Source: Macrostomum lignano
Lineage: Eukaryota
Length of the DNA: 64,000 nucleotides
Assembly: GCA_002269645.1 (NCBI GenBank)
Contig: NIVC01003499.1
Location: 30,737 to 94,736 of the forward strand
Direction: 5' to 3'
How positions within the stretch are numbered: the first letter of the stretch is position 1; each line of letters begins with the position of its first letter. A program made the translations under genes and the position numbers. This document shows, one piece after another, positions 1-13,085 of the stretch. The notes under the pieces are model-generated. The model was not told where the DNA came from. It saw nothing but the letters and a program-made list of their open reading frames with translations, and searched no databases.

Positions 1-161
1 TTATGAACACATACCGTAGCCTGTACATCACTATACAGCTGTGTCAGTGACGCACACATTCTATGAATTGACTACAGGCTTTAGCCTCGCTACGTTGCCC
101 TTTTGTTACCTTCTATGCAATAATCTTAAGTTAGTTGATGCAGGTATTTGTGCAGAAAGGC

Positions 162-582
162 TTCTGACACAAATCGGAGGTCGGGTTCTGACACAAATCC
201 GAGGTTGGGAATTCTGACACAAATCCGAGGTTGGGAATTCTGACACAAATCCGAGGTTGGGAATTCTGACACAAATCCGAGGTTGGGAATTCTGACACAA
301 ATCCGAAGTTGGGAATTCTGACACAAATCCGAGGTTGGGAATTCTGACACAAATCCGAGGTTGGGAATTCTGACACAAATCCGAGGTTGGGAATTCTGAC
401 ACAAATCCGAAGTTGGGAATTCTGACACAAATCCGAGGTTGGGTTCTGACACAAATCCGAGGTTGGGTTCTGACACGAATCCAGGGTCGGGTTCTGACAC
501 AAATCCAAGGTCGGCTTCTGACACAAATTCAAGGTCGGGTTCTGACACAAATCCAAGGTTGGGAATTCTGACACAAATCCGG
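162..582. repeat. Tandem minisatellite, 26-bp unit (24-bp variants at both ends)
   Basis: About 16 copies of TTCTGACACAAATCCGAGGTTGGGAA; the ORFs at 106-627 are translations of this repeat. Confidence 0.97.
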
Positions 583-990
583 GTCTCAGAGAATTCGCTA
601 GCAGTGTTAAAATTGAATGTGGGCTGATTTTAAATTTTATAACACGACATTATTTAGTGTTTTGTATTTAATAAATTACTAAATAAATATTTAAGCTGTT
701 TCAGTTACAAAAACGGCTATTTCAGCTTTTTGCGCTAAATTTTTGTAACAACATTATCGTAATTTTCATTAAAACTGACTGAAACAAAAAAAATGAAAAT
801 ATAATGTCTGTAGAAAAACTGGTGCTTAAGGTGGCGGGGGAAATTTCTAAAATGAGAAAAATTAAACACAATAAAATAGAGATTTTTTAATAATAATTAA
901 GCATTTCTAACAACAAAAAGCTCCGCCATGGACAATAGCGTAGGTATATAATATCATAGTAGTTATATCAATTTCGGGGCAAATGCTTCT

Positions 991-1165
991 CAGAAGCTAC
1001 TGACACCTGCCAGAAGCTACTGACACCTGCCAGAAGCTACTGACACCTGCCAGAAGCTACTGACACCTGCCAGAAGCTACTGACATCTGACAGAAGCTAC
1101 TGACACCTGCCAGAAGCTACTGACACCTGCCAGAAGCTACTGACACCTGACAGAAGCTACTGACA
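991..1165. repeat. Tandem minisatellite, 20-bp unit
   Basis: CAGAAGCTACTGACACCTGC x about 8.5, located 3' of the GPCR stop codon. Confidence 0.95.
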
Positions 1166-1444
1166 GGAGAGACAGACGCTATTAGCAACTGACAACAGGA
1201 ACTACTGACTACTACAGCTGGCTAAATTTACAATTGACAAAAAGTATTAAAATATTTACAACTGACAGAAGCTGAACTAGATTATAGAACGTACCCCAAG
1301 TGACAACTGACAGAATTTTTAGCTCAAAAAACGCCTTCATCACTGCCCTAAAGAGTAACAAGAATTAGTAAAGATGACATAGAAATCTTCTAATCCGTAG
1401 TCTCAATGGTCCATGACAAATTGTCCATGACAAATTCAAGCAGT

Positions 1445-4400
1445 TCACAGCTGGCACACTGCCAGCATTGGCTGAGTCTCCTGCCGAACGTCCTGCCCAG
1501 CCAGGTGAGTCATGTGGACGCTGCTGCTGCCTTGGCAGTGTTCGAAGCTTCCAGCCACGAAGTTGCCTTCATCAATACCATCTCTGCCGATCGCCGGGAC
1601 GCCACGAGCTCTTCCAGCAGCTGCAGCGCCGGACGGCAAAACCTGCAAGTCAACGTTCACCTCCTCAGCGCGACGTCTTCTGCCGCGAAGTTCACGGCCT
1701 TGCGTATCGTCGACGCCGCCTAGTCCGCGCCTGGCGCCACCGCCCAGGCCACTAGCGCTGGCGCCGCTATCGCCAGCGGCTCGCCAACAGCGGCAGCATC
1801 GGGACACCACCTGCAGGAAATGAGCTCGGAATCGCTTGCTGATGATGCACAGGGTGATCGGGTTGCTGGCTGAGTAGGCCGACGGCAGCAGCTTGGCGAT
1901 CATCTTGATCCAGACAAATGCCTCGGTTACCTGCCGATGGTGATAATTAGGTTATAGATGCAAGAGTCCTAAGAAGGTACGTTCTAATAACTCGTACGTC
2001 CTATTGTATTTATCTTTGGTGACAAAATTCACCAACCTTCCCCACTCACCTGCTTGGACAGGAAGAAGTGCAGCATGGTTATGTAGTCGAGTGCCCAGGC
2101 GACAAAGAACACGGCAGCCAGGCACAGCACCAGCTTGGCCAGTTTTTTCCTACTCTCAATCTGATTGGCGGCGGAAACGTTGGCTCGCTCGGAAGCGGCC
2201 GCGGCTCGCTCGTGAGCTCGGGCAGTTTTCATCAGCTTGCCAGCCATCAGGCCGTAGAACACGGCAATCAGAGCGCCTGGGAGCAGGTAGTAGAGAGCTA
2301 GCTTGAGCAGTACCATGGTTGTGCGATAGGTTGACCCCAGCTGGCTGGGAACGGGTAGCAATGCTTGATCAACAAGCAACGGTGTCGCTTCTCTTCAATG
2401 TCCGCGCTCACGGCGTAGGGTATGGCTAGGACCACTGCGATTGGTGGAAGGGTTTTGCGTCGTTGTGTAACATTTTGTACTGATTGTGCATTCTGTAACA
2501 TTTGTATCATTTTTATCATTCTGTAACCATTTGTACCATTCTGTAACCAATTGTACCATTCTGTAACCAATTGTATCATTCTGTAACCAATTGTACCATT
2601 CTGTAACCAATTGTACCATTCTGTAACCAATTGTACCATTCTGTAACCAATTGTATCATTCTGTAACCAATTGTACCATTCTGTAACCAATTGTATCATT
2701 CTGTAACCAATTGTACCATTCTGTAACCAATTGTATCATTCTGTAACCAATTGTACCATTCTGTAACCAATTGTACCATTCTGTAACCAATTGTACCATT
2801 CTGTAACCATTTGTACCATTCTGTAACCAATTGTATCATTCTGTAACCAATTGTACCATTCTGTAACCAATTGTACCATTCTGTAACCAATTGTACCATT
2901 CTGTAACCAATTGTACCATTCTGTAACCAATTGTATCATTCTGTAACCAATTGTACCATTCTGTAACCAATTGTACCATTCTGTAACCAATTGTACCATT
3001 CTGTAACCAATTGTATCATTCTGTAACCAATTGTACCATTCTGTAACCAATTGTACCATTCTGTAACCAATTGTACCATTCTGTAACCAATTGTACCATT
3101 CTGTAACCAATTGTACCATTCTGTAACTATTTGCACCGTTCTGTAACCATTTTACCATTTTATAAGCATTTGAACTATTCTGTAACAGGTTGTACCTTTA
3201 TGTAACGTTTGTACCACAGAATACAGTGCATTCTGTGGTTTGTACCTTTGTATATTACGCTTTTATCTAAAACTCTTTCTCACTATGCTGTCGCCACTCA
3301 CCAGCAGCAATCCAGATGATCCCAAGGCCCAGTTTGGTAACAAAACCTGGCCTCGAAGATTTCAAATTCGACATCGGCCTGGTGATGGCAAGGCACCTGT
3401 ACAGCAGTTTGGGTGAGTTTGTATTCGTTAGTAATTACTGAAGTGAGTAGTGCAACCCAAAATCATATGTACTGAAAGTGCATCACTGAGCGCTATCATA
3501 AGTTGTTGCTTACGTTCTGAAAACTAACAAAGAAAAGAAAGTTTCCAGACAGTGTCCTGCATTTCATGATTGATTGCTTCAATATTTGCTTCTAGAAAGT
3601 GACTTTCCCTCAGATCCCGCAAAGCAAACAGCAGAAGCCAAGAGGAGGAGTGTCTTGGGCAGCTGTCGTGAGAATTCGTCACTCCTCGGAGATTCGGGAA
3701 AAGTGAACTCCAAAGCTCATAATAATTTGATAGCCAAATAGGAAACAATTTTCTTCGGCAGCAGCTCTGGAGCAACAGTCGTGAGGGCGGAAATTGAAGA
3801 CCCTGTGTTTTCAAGAGCAGATGCTCCTTCCACCTTGGACTGCAGAAGAAGTTAATCAGGCGCACGAGCGCGGGATCTAGATCAGCTTTTTCCACCTGGC
3901 TGACCCTTATTTTCCGGCAGAACTAGTTTAAATAACATGCGTTGGTTTGTTTGGCTTCATCCGGTTCACCCCGCCAGTTCGCATCACTCTATTTCACTGT
4001 TCAGCGAGGTTTCAGGGTGGGTAATTCAAACGGATATTCAATTTGACAAATTGGCTCAACGGTAATGAGCATACTGTGCGCCACAAAAGGCTTCACCAAT
4101 TCAAACCTAATTATACGCCAGCTTAAGGCTGAATTCTACTTTGCAGATAAGTCTTTACTTATCTGCTACATCTCTCTGCGTCAGGGAGACGTTGTCAGGT
4201 TATTCATTGAGTGGCTAAGATTTGACTTGGTATCTTACAATAAAATCATTTCCTTTTTTCATTATCAGTTCCCTGTCAGACTCTACAGTTGAATTGGTAT
4301 GATCTGTTTCATATTTCAAAAACGTGTCAGCAATTGAATCGAAGCGCAAACCTGTCGATCGACAGAGCAACCAGGGTGTATACGGAGACTCCCACGGTTA

Positions 4401-4767
4401 GAAACCGGCAGAAATAGATCGTCTTGCACAGGAAGACCGGCAGCTGGACGCCAAATTTGCTAATTATATCGCACGGAATGAACAGCATCAGGTAGACGCA
4501 GTCAGCCGCGGCTAAATTTGTTATAAACAGATTCGGCGTGGTTCTCAAACGCTTGTTACTGGCAATGATGAAGATGAGAATGAGATTGCCGCTCAGGCCT
4601 AGCAGAAACACTGTGCACTGCAGGCTGATGTGCGTCTTGTCCATGGCTCCTATTTCCGGTTGGTACATGGAGTAGTTGAAGCATTCAGGCTTGGAGGCAT
4701 TGATGTCATTGACTGCCTCCGTAGCTGACCCGTCTTCTACTGACGAGTTCAGGTTTGTTGTCGACAT
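1445..4767 (-). CDS. Class A peptide GPCR, bombesin/GRP/CCHamide(-excitatory peptide) receptor-like; 4 exons, one apparent 1-nt frameshift
   Basis: Exons 4767-4352, 3396-3302, 2434-2050 and 1930-1445 with GT-AG junctions in compatible phases. Motifs: TM1 GLSGN, TM2 NLAAAD, TM3 LSIDRC, ECL2 CYPFP, TM5 YYLLP, ICL3/TM6 QIESRKKLAK (recalled GRPR: QIESRKRLAK), TM7 NPITL. Exon total is 1382 nt; adding 1 nt at the G-run (+ strand C4 at 2335-2338) gives 460 aa. Confidence 0.88.
2488..3185. repeat. Tandem minisatellite, 20-bp unit, in a GPCR intron
   Basis: CATTCTGTAACCAATTGTAC x about 33, inside intron 2435-3301. Confidence 0.97.
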
Positions 4768-5948
4768 CCCGTTGGTCTTGGCCTGGCGTTAAAACTCTGC
4801 GAAAAAAACAGGATAATCTACTTGACAAAAATTATACTAAATGATTATAAATTAATTACAATGCTGCCGTTTTCGTCAGTTTCGTTTCTGACCACTCCAC
4901 CACTCCATGTACTTCAGGCGCAACAGACAAAGTTTCCTATCCAGCGTTGATATGCAAATGCTGTGTTTACATAGGATTCCCCTATTGCAATGTGTCCCAA
5001 ACCGGTACCCAGTCACATAGCGGCAGACTGAGAGGCAGCGCGTTGAATCGAATTGCCATGCCACAGTGGCTATGCGGCCGCCTTAATCCCCAGATACACA
5101 GTTGGTGACAGTGAATTTTGTTTAGTTGCTATGCCGAGAGAGCGATCCTAGCAACTGATGGGAATGCTAAGTGGCAGCAGTTCGGTAAATCATGACGGGA
5201 ATGCAGCTTTTCGCAGCCCCTGAATGCAGGCACAAATGCTTGCTTATGCAGCAGAGGCAGAAGTCAAAACCAATACGAGATCTTTTATCTAAAAACTGGA
5301 TAAATATTTTCATTTCACTGACCGACATTTGACAGTCGGAAGTTCAGCTAGTGCAGATGCATTCCTGAGTCGATGATGACTCAGTGACTGAGAAGTGCTC
5401 ACTAACTCACTACAACAATTTTTATAATTTCGCTGAATGAATACTTACCAGACGGTAAGAGCCGGTCGCTGCCTACCTGTTTTTTTGTGGAGCTTCTGGT
5501 TACCTGAGTGAAATCTAGAGCTATTTAAAGGAGAAATTTTTCAACGCCGAAACTGGTAGACTGATAATGGGAAGGAAAAGCGAGGGCTCCTATAGCCCCA
5601 GAATCCGTTGGGATTTTATAGCCAGCTACAACCCACGCAGGTTTCCCACTCTGTCTCCCTCCTCCCCAGCCGAGTGCCACTCCAGCCAATGACTATTGCC
5701 ATCTATAGGTTTTGGCGTTCGCTTTAGAGGTCCTAGTTTTCTCTGAGTCAGTCTCGATCCGCTTCATTCATCCTATGCTCAGAAGGCCCCTGCATTCCAC
5801 CCAGTTTCGCTAAAAAATATTTACCCTTTTTTGTTGTGCTCTACTGAATGCTTAACTGCATCGATTGACAATTTGTCTGACTGGGATCTTGAAACAGGTG
5901 CATTAATTGGATTCCGTGCGTGACAACAAAATGCACCATGCTGGGACC

Positions 5949-6543
5949 TGACGTCGGCGACGACCTAGCGAGACGGCGCTGCAAGGCCTGGGCTGCCTTC
6001 CGATCTGTGCGGGCGGTGCTGCTCTCCGAGGCCTTGTCCGACGGCGCCAGGTCCCAGCTGTTCCAGGCGGTTGTTGAGACCGCCCTGCTGTACAATGCTG
6101 AGACGTGGACGCTGACCGGGGCGCTTGAGGCGCAGCTCGACGCGGTGCATGCGGCCCTAGTCCACGCCGCTTTCGGCGCCCGCCGCGGCCTTGGTAGCGA
6201 GACAATCGAGTCCCTGTACAAGCGCACAGGCCTGACGCGGCCTTCTGCCCTGCTGAGTCAGCGGCTTGCCGAACATGTCATCCGGGCCGAAGCCTACTGC
6301 CCAGAGCCGCTGCAGGACGTCCTGCTGTGGACCCCGCAGGAACCGCGCAGGCGTGGCCAGGGACGATCAGCCCGCTACGTCGACCGCCTTTTTGAAGACG
6401 CGCGAGCACCCAGCCAGGCGGCCGGTGTGAAGCACGTTAGAGACCTAGCTCTGAAACGCGCGATTTGACGCTCCCCCCTCTTGGCCACTCCCGTGGCTGG
6501 CGTGGGGCGTAAATATATTATTATTATTATTATTATTATTATT
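5949..6543 (+). mobile_element. 5'-truncated non-LTR retrotransposon (3' end of RT ORF, RTE-like) with (ATT)n tail and 11-bp TSD
   Basis: ORF 5920-6468 has the post-RT motif LFQAVVETALLYNAETWTLT. (ATT)n tail at about 6515-6543. Direct repeat ATGCTGGGACC at 5938-5948 and 6544-6554. Confidence 0.85.
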
Positions 6544-6649
6544 ATGCTGGGACCGCGATGTTTGTCGCGCTATTCACGAAGCCTGTCACGAAGGCGGAAT
6601 GCTTTCACAGACCGTGAATTTCACATTCCATCATCCACACCCCTGTGCC

Positions 6650-6990
6650 TGTACGTACGTACCCTGTACGTTTGCATGCTCCGCAGCGGTCAGCAAACCT
6701 ACATGCAAATTTAGTAGAGGCAAAGGCCTGTGTGCACCCTGGCGCGCTTTAAGCGACATTGCGCAGTCATACGCACAACTGATCCTAAAGTGGCCCTAAC
6801 TTTACTTATCGTTGGGCATGTACACTTCACTGTGCCTTGGGGGTTGACCTTCAAGCGCGTTAATTGCACGAGCAGAGCCAAGCCGAGATTCCAGTTTAGC
6901 CCCAAAATTAATGTGACTGCAATTGGAATCGAGCCTGGGCCGCTGGCACACCAGAGCGCCGCGCTGGACCTCTGGGACTCACTAACTAAC
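6650..6990 (-). mobile_element. Possible tRNA-derived SINE copy (diverged dispersed repeat)
   Basis: Minus-strand B-box-like GGCTCGATTCC (6925-6935). The body shares CATGTACACT...CCTTGGGG(G)TT with 21280-21307 and 42364-42390. Confidence 0.4.
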
Positions 6991-8241
6991 CCACTGAATA
7001 ATATCGAATTCAATTTTGTCACTACAGTATAACTGCTTTGATTAATGATTCGTTTTTGACGACACTGAGCAGTGCAGCCTGTTCAAATCTCTTCAAAATA
7101 GTGGCTAATTGGCTTACGAGTCTCTAGCAAGTGTAGATGCTTAACTTATGCTGGATTTATAATCATGTGACTCTCATCTGGTTCAGGTCCGGTTTCGCTT
7201 TTGCCAGGCACTTCCGTCTTGCCTCCTGTTTCACTGAAAACGCGCTCAAATCAATACGAGATGCGGTTAAGGATGCGATTCGAGAAGGAAGAAACCTTAA
7301 CGGAACCGGAAACTTGATGGATGTAAACTGGGCCTTAGTGAAAATAAAAATATGATAAACTAAGCAGGAATATTAGCCCAGGTGTCATGTACTCTTGTAC
7401 TTTACATGCACCTGGCTAATTATACTCAGGTGTCACCAGGAGTTCAGGTTGTCTTCCTGTGACAAGTACAACACGTCGTCCATTAAATCAAGCTTTGATG
7501 ATTTCCTTTTCGAATTTTTAAGGTCTCCCAAAGGTGACTGTTATATGGCTGCAGTGACTGCTAAGCATTCAAACATGAGTTCATGTATTATTCGTATACA
7601 CGTTTAAAACAAAATTAAAAGATTTTTTGATCCGAAATCAAAACGTATAGTTTTTTGTGTCCTAAAAATGGAGCGATATTGAGCTGAAACAAGCTGTTTA
7701 GTGCAGCAGACAGACAGCTGGCTGAAGTCAAACTCATCTGGCATTCCAGTTATGACGCTGCTAGGGAAGCCACCTAGTTTATGAGATAAAAAATCCCAGC
7801 CTTCACTCAATTTGTCATTGGCAGCTGGCTGATTCAGACTGCATAGAAAAGCGCCGGGGAATGTTATTATTTTCCATTCAGATGTCCTGAATAGTGCTGG
7901 GACACTCGGCTGCACATCTCTCACTAGTTGACATCCGAGACAACCTAGGCAACAGATGTATTCATGACTTGAATACATTAAATGAGTAGCGGTCATAACG
8001 CCTTAATACCTTCCAAATGAAGCGAGCTTGTTTTCTTCCAACAAATTCCTGCGAATCTCTTTATCAGTGTTCAGGCTCAGTACTAATTCTATACTGCAAC
8101 GAACTCAGCTTTTGTTGAAGTAAACTGATCGAGTCGAACGCCTATTTAACCTTTTTTGCCTTGCACGTTGTAAGGACTGCGGGGCATAAAAGCAGGGATA
8201 GCTACAGTATTAATCATGTTTGATGGAACAAGTCAGTTCAG

Positions 8242-8980
8242 TAGTGTATATTATGGCGCCTCTCTAGTGTATATTGTGGCGCCTCTCTAGCGTATATTGT
8301 GGCGCCTCTCTAGTGTATGTTATGACACCCTTCTAGTGCATATTGTGGCGCCCCTGTCGTGTATATTGTGGCGCCCCTCTTGTGTATATTGTGGCGCCCC
8401 TCTCGTGTATATTGTGGTGCCCCTCTAGTGTATATTGTGGTGCCCCTCTAGTGTATATTGTGGTGCCCCTCTAGTGTATATTGTGGTGCCCCTCTCGTGT
8501 ATATTGTGGTGCCCCTCTCGTGTATATTGTGGTGCCCCTCTCGTGTATATTGTGGTGCCCCTCTCGTGTATATTGTGGCGCCCCTGTCGTGTATATTGTG
8601 GCGCCCCTCTTGTGTATATTGTGGCGCCCCTCTCGTGTATATTGTGGTGCCCCTCTAGTGTATATTGTGGTGCCCCTCTAGTGTATATTGTGGTGCCCCT
8701 CTAGTGTATATTGTGGTGCCCCTCTCGTGTATATTGTGGTGCCCCTCTCGTGTATATTGTGGTGCCCCTCTCGTGTATATTGTGGTGCCCCTCTCGTGTA
8801 TATTGTGGTGCCCCTCTAGTGTATATTGTGGCGCTTCTCTAGTGTATATTATGGCACCCTTTTAGTGTATATTGTGGCGCTTCTATCTAGTGTAAAGTGT
8901 GGCGCCCCTCTCGTGTATATTGTGGCGCCCCACTCGTGTATAGTGTGGCGCCCCACTCGTGTATAGTGTGACGCCCCCAT
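8242..8980. repeat. Tandem minisatellite, 23-bp unit
   Basis: GTGTATATTGTGGYGCCCCTCTM x about 32. Confidence 0.97.
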
Positions 8981-9750
8981 TCTAATGGTTGAAATCAGCC
9001 TCTGTTTACAACAGCATCACTGTACGTTACAACAAAAAGCGTGATTTCTCTCAAAAAAGCTGATTTGCTGTTATAATATCACAACATCGCAACTTCAGTT
9101 GGCGTAGAGACCAATGACAATCATGCTGTGCTCGTGAAGTCGGTTAATAAAAAACAGTTGACCTTTTCTGGACAGGAGAGCTGAAGGGTTAATGAGATTG
9201 AAAAAACAATTATCTGACAGAGAATGCAAAACCATTGCTGTGAATCATAACTTGTCATTCTGTGGGGCACTCAAATGAACTCATTATTCTTTCTCATAAG
9301 AGTACAGCTACGGGGGCTATTTGGGTGCATAGATCCGTTAGTTATCTGTTAATTTTATTACAAAAAATCTTCCCTCGATTCTATAAGTTTTCCGCTGCAA
9401 AAGATCACCTTTAACCCTGAGCAGCAACAGCCCAAATGCGAAGTAATTTATTTATTCATCAGTCTCGTCGCGAAGATGACGCAATGCTTGAGAGACTAGC
9501 TGAGGACTAGCAATCCAGTCCCCCCTTCAGGGCACCCAATAAGCAAGGAGCAAAACTTATTCATGCAAATCCATTAAAAGTGCACATTTTCTGAAGAACC
9601 GATTCCTTCTTCAGTTTTATAAATCACCTTATTCCAGTAAAATTGTCACGGACAGAGATTCTTCATACGAATCTCTTGATTCGAAAAGTAACAAGAGGAC
9701 ACAACAAAAAGCCCTCAAAAAGATAACAGGCATTCCCCCCAAAATTGAAA

Positions 9751-10126
9751 GAATCCCCCAGACCGCAAGCATCCCCCAAATGGCAAGCATCCCCCAGATA
9801 GCAAGCATCCCCCAGATAGCAAGCATCCCCCAGATAGCAAGCATCCCCCAGATAGCAAGCATCCCCCAGATAGCAAGCATCCCCCAGATAGCAAGCATCC
9901 CCAGATAGCAAGCATCCCCCAGATAGCAAGCATCCCCCAGATAGCAAGCATCCCCCAGATAGCAAGCATCCCCAGATAGCAAGCATCCCCCAGATAGCAA
10001 GCATCCCCAGATAGCAAGCATCCCCCAGATAGCAAGCATCCCCAGATAGCAAGCATCCCCAGATAGCAAGCATCCCCCAGATAGCAAGCATCCCCCAGAT
10101 AGCAAGCATCCCCCAGATAGCAAGCA
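9751..10126. repeat. Tandem minisatellite, 18-bp unit (17-bp variants)
   Basis: AGCAAGCATCCCCCAGAT x about 20. Confidence 0.97.
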
Positions 10127-11133
10127 TTTAGCCGTTGAGGTTTGCCCACAGTCAAGGCTTGATGAGCGAAACTGGAGAAATTTGCCATACGCTCGTAGGG
10201 AGTTCGTAATGAGCTGGTACCACCTGTTGAATGTGCGTCTGGGTGAAGGCCAGTGACCAACGAAGTCTGAGCTAATATAGACTCGTGTGGTCGACGCGCT
10301 GATGAAATTTAGAGGCTTGGCAAGGCTCCGCAAGGCCCTGAGGCACTTGAGTTGATCCTTGTTAATCCTTGGTCTTCGTCGGTATTGATAAAAGTGTTCG
10401 ACTGTCTGGGTTCAATTTTAACAGGCTGAAATTCCTTCAGGTGAAACAATTCACTCCACTTTGCAGTGACAACAGCACTGCTGCTGCCAGTGTAGAAAAG
10501 TGAGGATTTATTTTGCGTGGGAAAACAATGAGACCAACCTGTCAAGCGCTGCATCCTCTTACCGTTCTGCATTTCAGCTCAGCTCCACCGTCGCTAGGGC
10601 ACTTCACGATTCTCTCTCCTCTCTGCGACAGGTGAAATGCATATTACAAGTGAATAGCTTCATTTTTAATCTGTTTAAAACACGAGAGAAAAACTCAAAT
10701 TTTACATTTTTTCTATCGCTGTTGTCCAGGGCGCCTGTAGCAAAGATGAGCAGGTTATTGCTTCCTGCTTCCGTAGCTCTCCTGCGAGATTGAGATTAAG
10801 GGAACTGACACGTTGATTTCTAAATTGTTTGTCCAAAACTTGATATTGGAGTGTAAAGCAAGGCAAAAAATTATCGCGACTTTATAATCGTTGTAGAAAT
10901 GTCCGTCGTCGCTACTGAAAGTAGGATATGCTAAAAAGCTCTCAGGGATTTCCTCGAAAAGAACTCTTATGCGCTGGCCATAGACGAGAGTTGGGCCTGC
11001 ATTTTTTGGCCATGAAGCATGATGGTAATAATAATTGATTAAACCACTTTAAAGCTCACTTTCAGGGAGGTTATTGACATAGATTTTATTTTGCGGGATT
11101 TAATCGATCACTTTCCCGGATATATTGCAAGGA

Positions 11134-11379
11134 TTAATTGTATGTGTCTAAATAAGCGAACTTATCTCTGCGGGGCATCCCCGGGATGAGGCGTCGTAAA
11201 AAGTCCTGGGGAAGCTGCTTCCAAACGTTTTCAATGGCATGACGCAGCTCCGCAACATTCTGTGGTGGATTCTCTTTTCGAATGCTGCGTTGTAGGAAGT
11301 CCCAGACATGCTCAATGGGATTCATGCCTGGGGACCGGGAAGCCCAGCGCAGAGTGCGCAGCTGTAGCTGTTCTTCCAC
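11134..11379 (-). pseudogene. Tc1-family DDE transposase C-terminal remnant
   Basis: WASRSPGMNPIEHVW resembles the Tc1 motif WPxxSPDLNPIEHVW and is followed by PPQNVAELRHAIENVWKQLPQDFLRRLI; no N-terminal part is visible. Confidence 0.75.
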
Positions 11380-12197
11380 AAGTGGCAGTAAGCTTCGCGC
11401 ATGCTGTAAGTTGTGTCACCCGCAATAAGTGAGAAAAATTCATCTCGTTTGAAGGGTGGAACTTTTGACTGTTGCTGAGTATATCTGAAAAAATGAACGC
11501 CAATCTGCATATCTACTCATACAGCACAGCCAGTGCACACAGCAAACAGCCAGAGGAAACACGTGTCTGTTTTGTCACATGGCTGCATATCCAGTGTCGG
11601 AACACATAGAAAAGAACACAAAAAGGAAGAGAGGAGAAAAAAAATCCAGCTGAATTAAAATACACTTTTCTTACTATGCTTCTCAAGTGTCTTTTCTTGC
11701 CTCTATCCATCAAAATTCTGCATAATTTACCCACCAGGGGACGCGGGTGCACCCCGTCCACCCACCCCCAAGAGTGAGCTATTTTTTAGCGTACCCAGTG
11801 CGTACAGCCATGCTATTGTACATTCGGATACAGAGAGAGAGAGGGGGGCAGAGAAGGAAGGCAGGAGGGAGAAGGGAGCAGCTGCGAGGGTGTGCTTTAG
11901 GCAAAGCAGCTGCAACCGCCACATCGTTGGAAGCGCGCCGTCAGCGTCCAGCAAGAAGCTCGACTGTGAATCTGACCTGGTGTGTGCACTTGGCAGTGAC
12001 CGACTGCGCTGCGACGTAGTTATTGACAAATTTGGAATCACAAACACTTGAGTAGGATAAGTAAGTAAAATTGTGTGAAAATTAATACCGCTCAGTACAT
12101 GGATAGTTGATATGCCTGTGCAGAATGCTCAAGATTCTTGCTCAAAATCCGGCTATATTCAAGTTTATTTTCTTGCTATGCCTCTAACACTCTGAGC

Positions 12198-13085
12198 CAC
12201 TGTCACCCCCTGTCTCTCACTGTAGCACTCTCTGTCTGTACCACTGTCACCCCTGTCTCTCACTGTAGCACTCTCTGTCTGTACCACTGTCACCCCTGTC
12301 TCTCTCACTGTAGCACTCTCTGTCTGTACCACTGTCACCCCTGTCTCTCTCACTGTAGCACTCTCTGTCTGTACCACTGTCACCCCCTGTCTCTCTCACT
12401 GTAGCACTCTCTGTCTGTACCACTGTCACCCCCTGTCTCTCTCACTGTAGCACTCTCTGTCTGTACCACTGTCACCCCTGTCTCTCACTGTAGCACTCCA
12501 TGTCTGTACCACTGTCACCCCCTGTCTCTCTCACTGTAGCACTCTCTGTCTGTACCACTGTCACCCCTGTCTCTCTCACTGTAGCACTCTCTGTCTGTAC
12601 CACTGTCACCCCTGTCTCTCACTGTAGCACTCCATGTCTGTACCACTGTCACCCCCGTCTCTCACTGTAGCACTCCATGTCTGTACCACTGTCACCCCCT
12701 GTCTCTCTCACTGTAGCACTCTCTGTCTGTACCACTGTCACCCCTGTCTCTCACTGTAGCACTCTCTGTCTGTACCACTGTCACCGCCTGTCTCTCTCAC
12801 TGTAGCACTCTCTGTCTGTACCACTGTCACCCCTGTCTCTCACTGTAGCACTCTCTGTCTGTACCGCTGTCACCCCTGTCTCTCACTGTAGCACTCTCTG
12901 TCTGTACCACTGTCACCCCCTGTCTCTCTCACTGTAGCACTCTCTGTCTGTACCACTGTCACCCCCTGTCTCTCACTGTAGCACTCTCTTTCTGTACCAC
13001 TGTCACCCCTGTCTCTCACTGTAGCACTCTCTGTCTGTACCACTGTAACCCCCTGTCTCTATCACTGCCCAACTCCCTGTCTCTT
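12198..13085. repeat. Tandem satellite block, 43-46-bp unit
   Basis: CACTGTCACCCCTGTCTCT(CT)CACTGTAGCACTCTCTGTCTGTAC x about 20. Confidence 0.96.

Noticed and set aside
3524-3895. 123-aa ORF in GPCR intron 1 (similarly 7604-7996, 19943-20236, 55227-55586)
   Set aside because: No recognisable motif or splice context; lengths are compatible with chance
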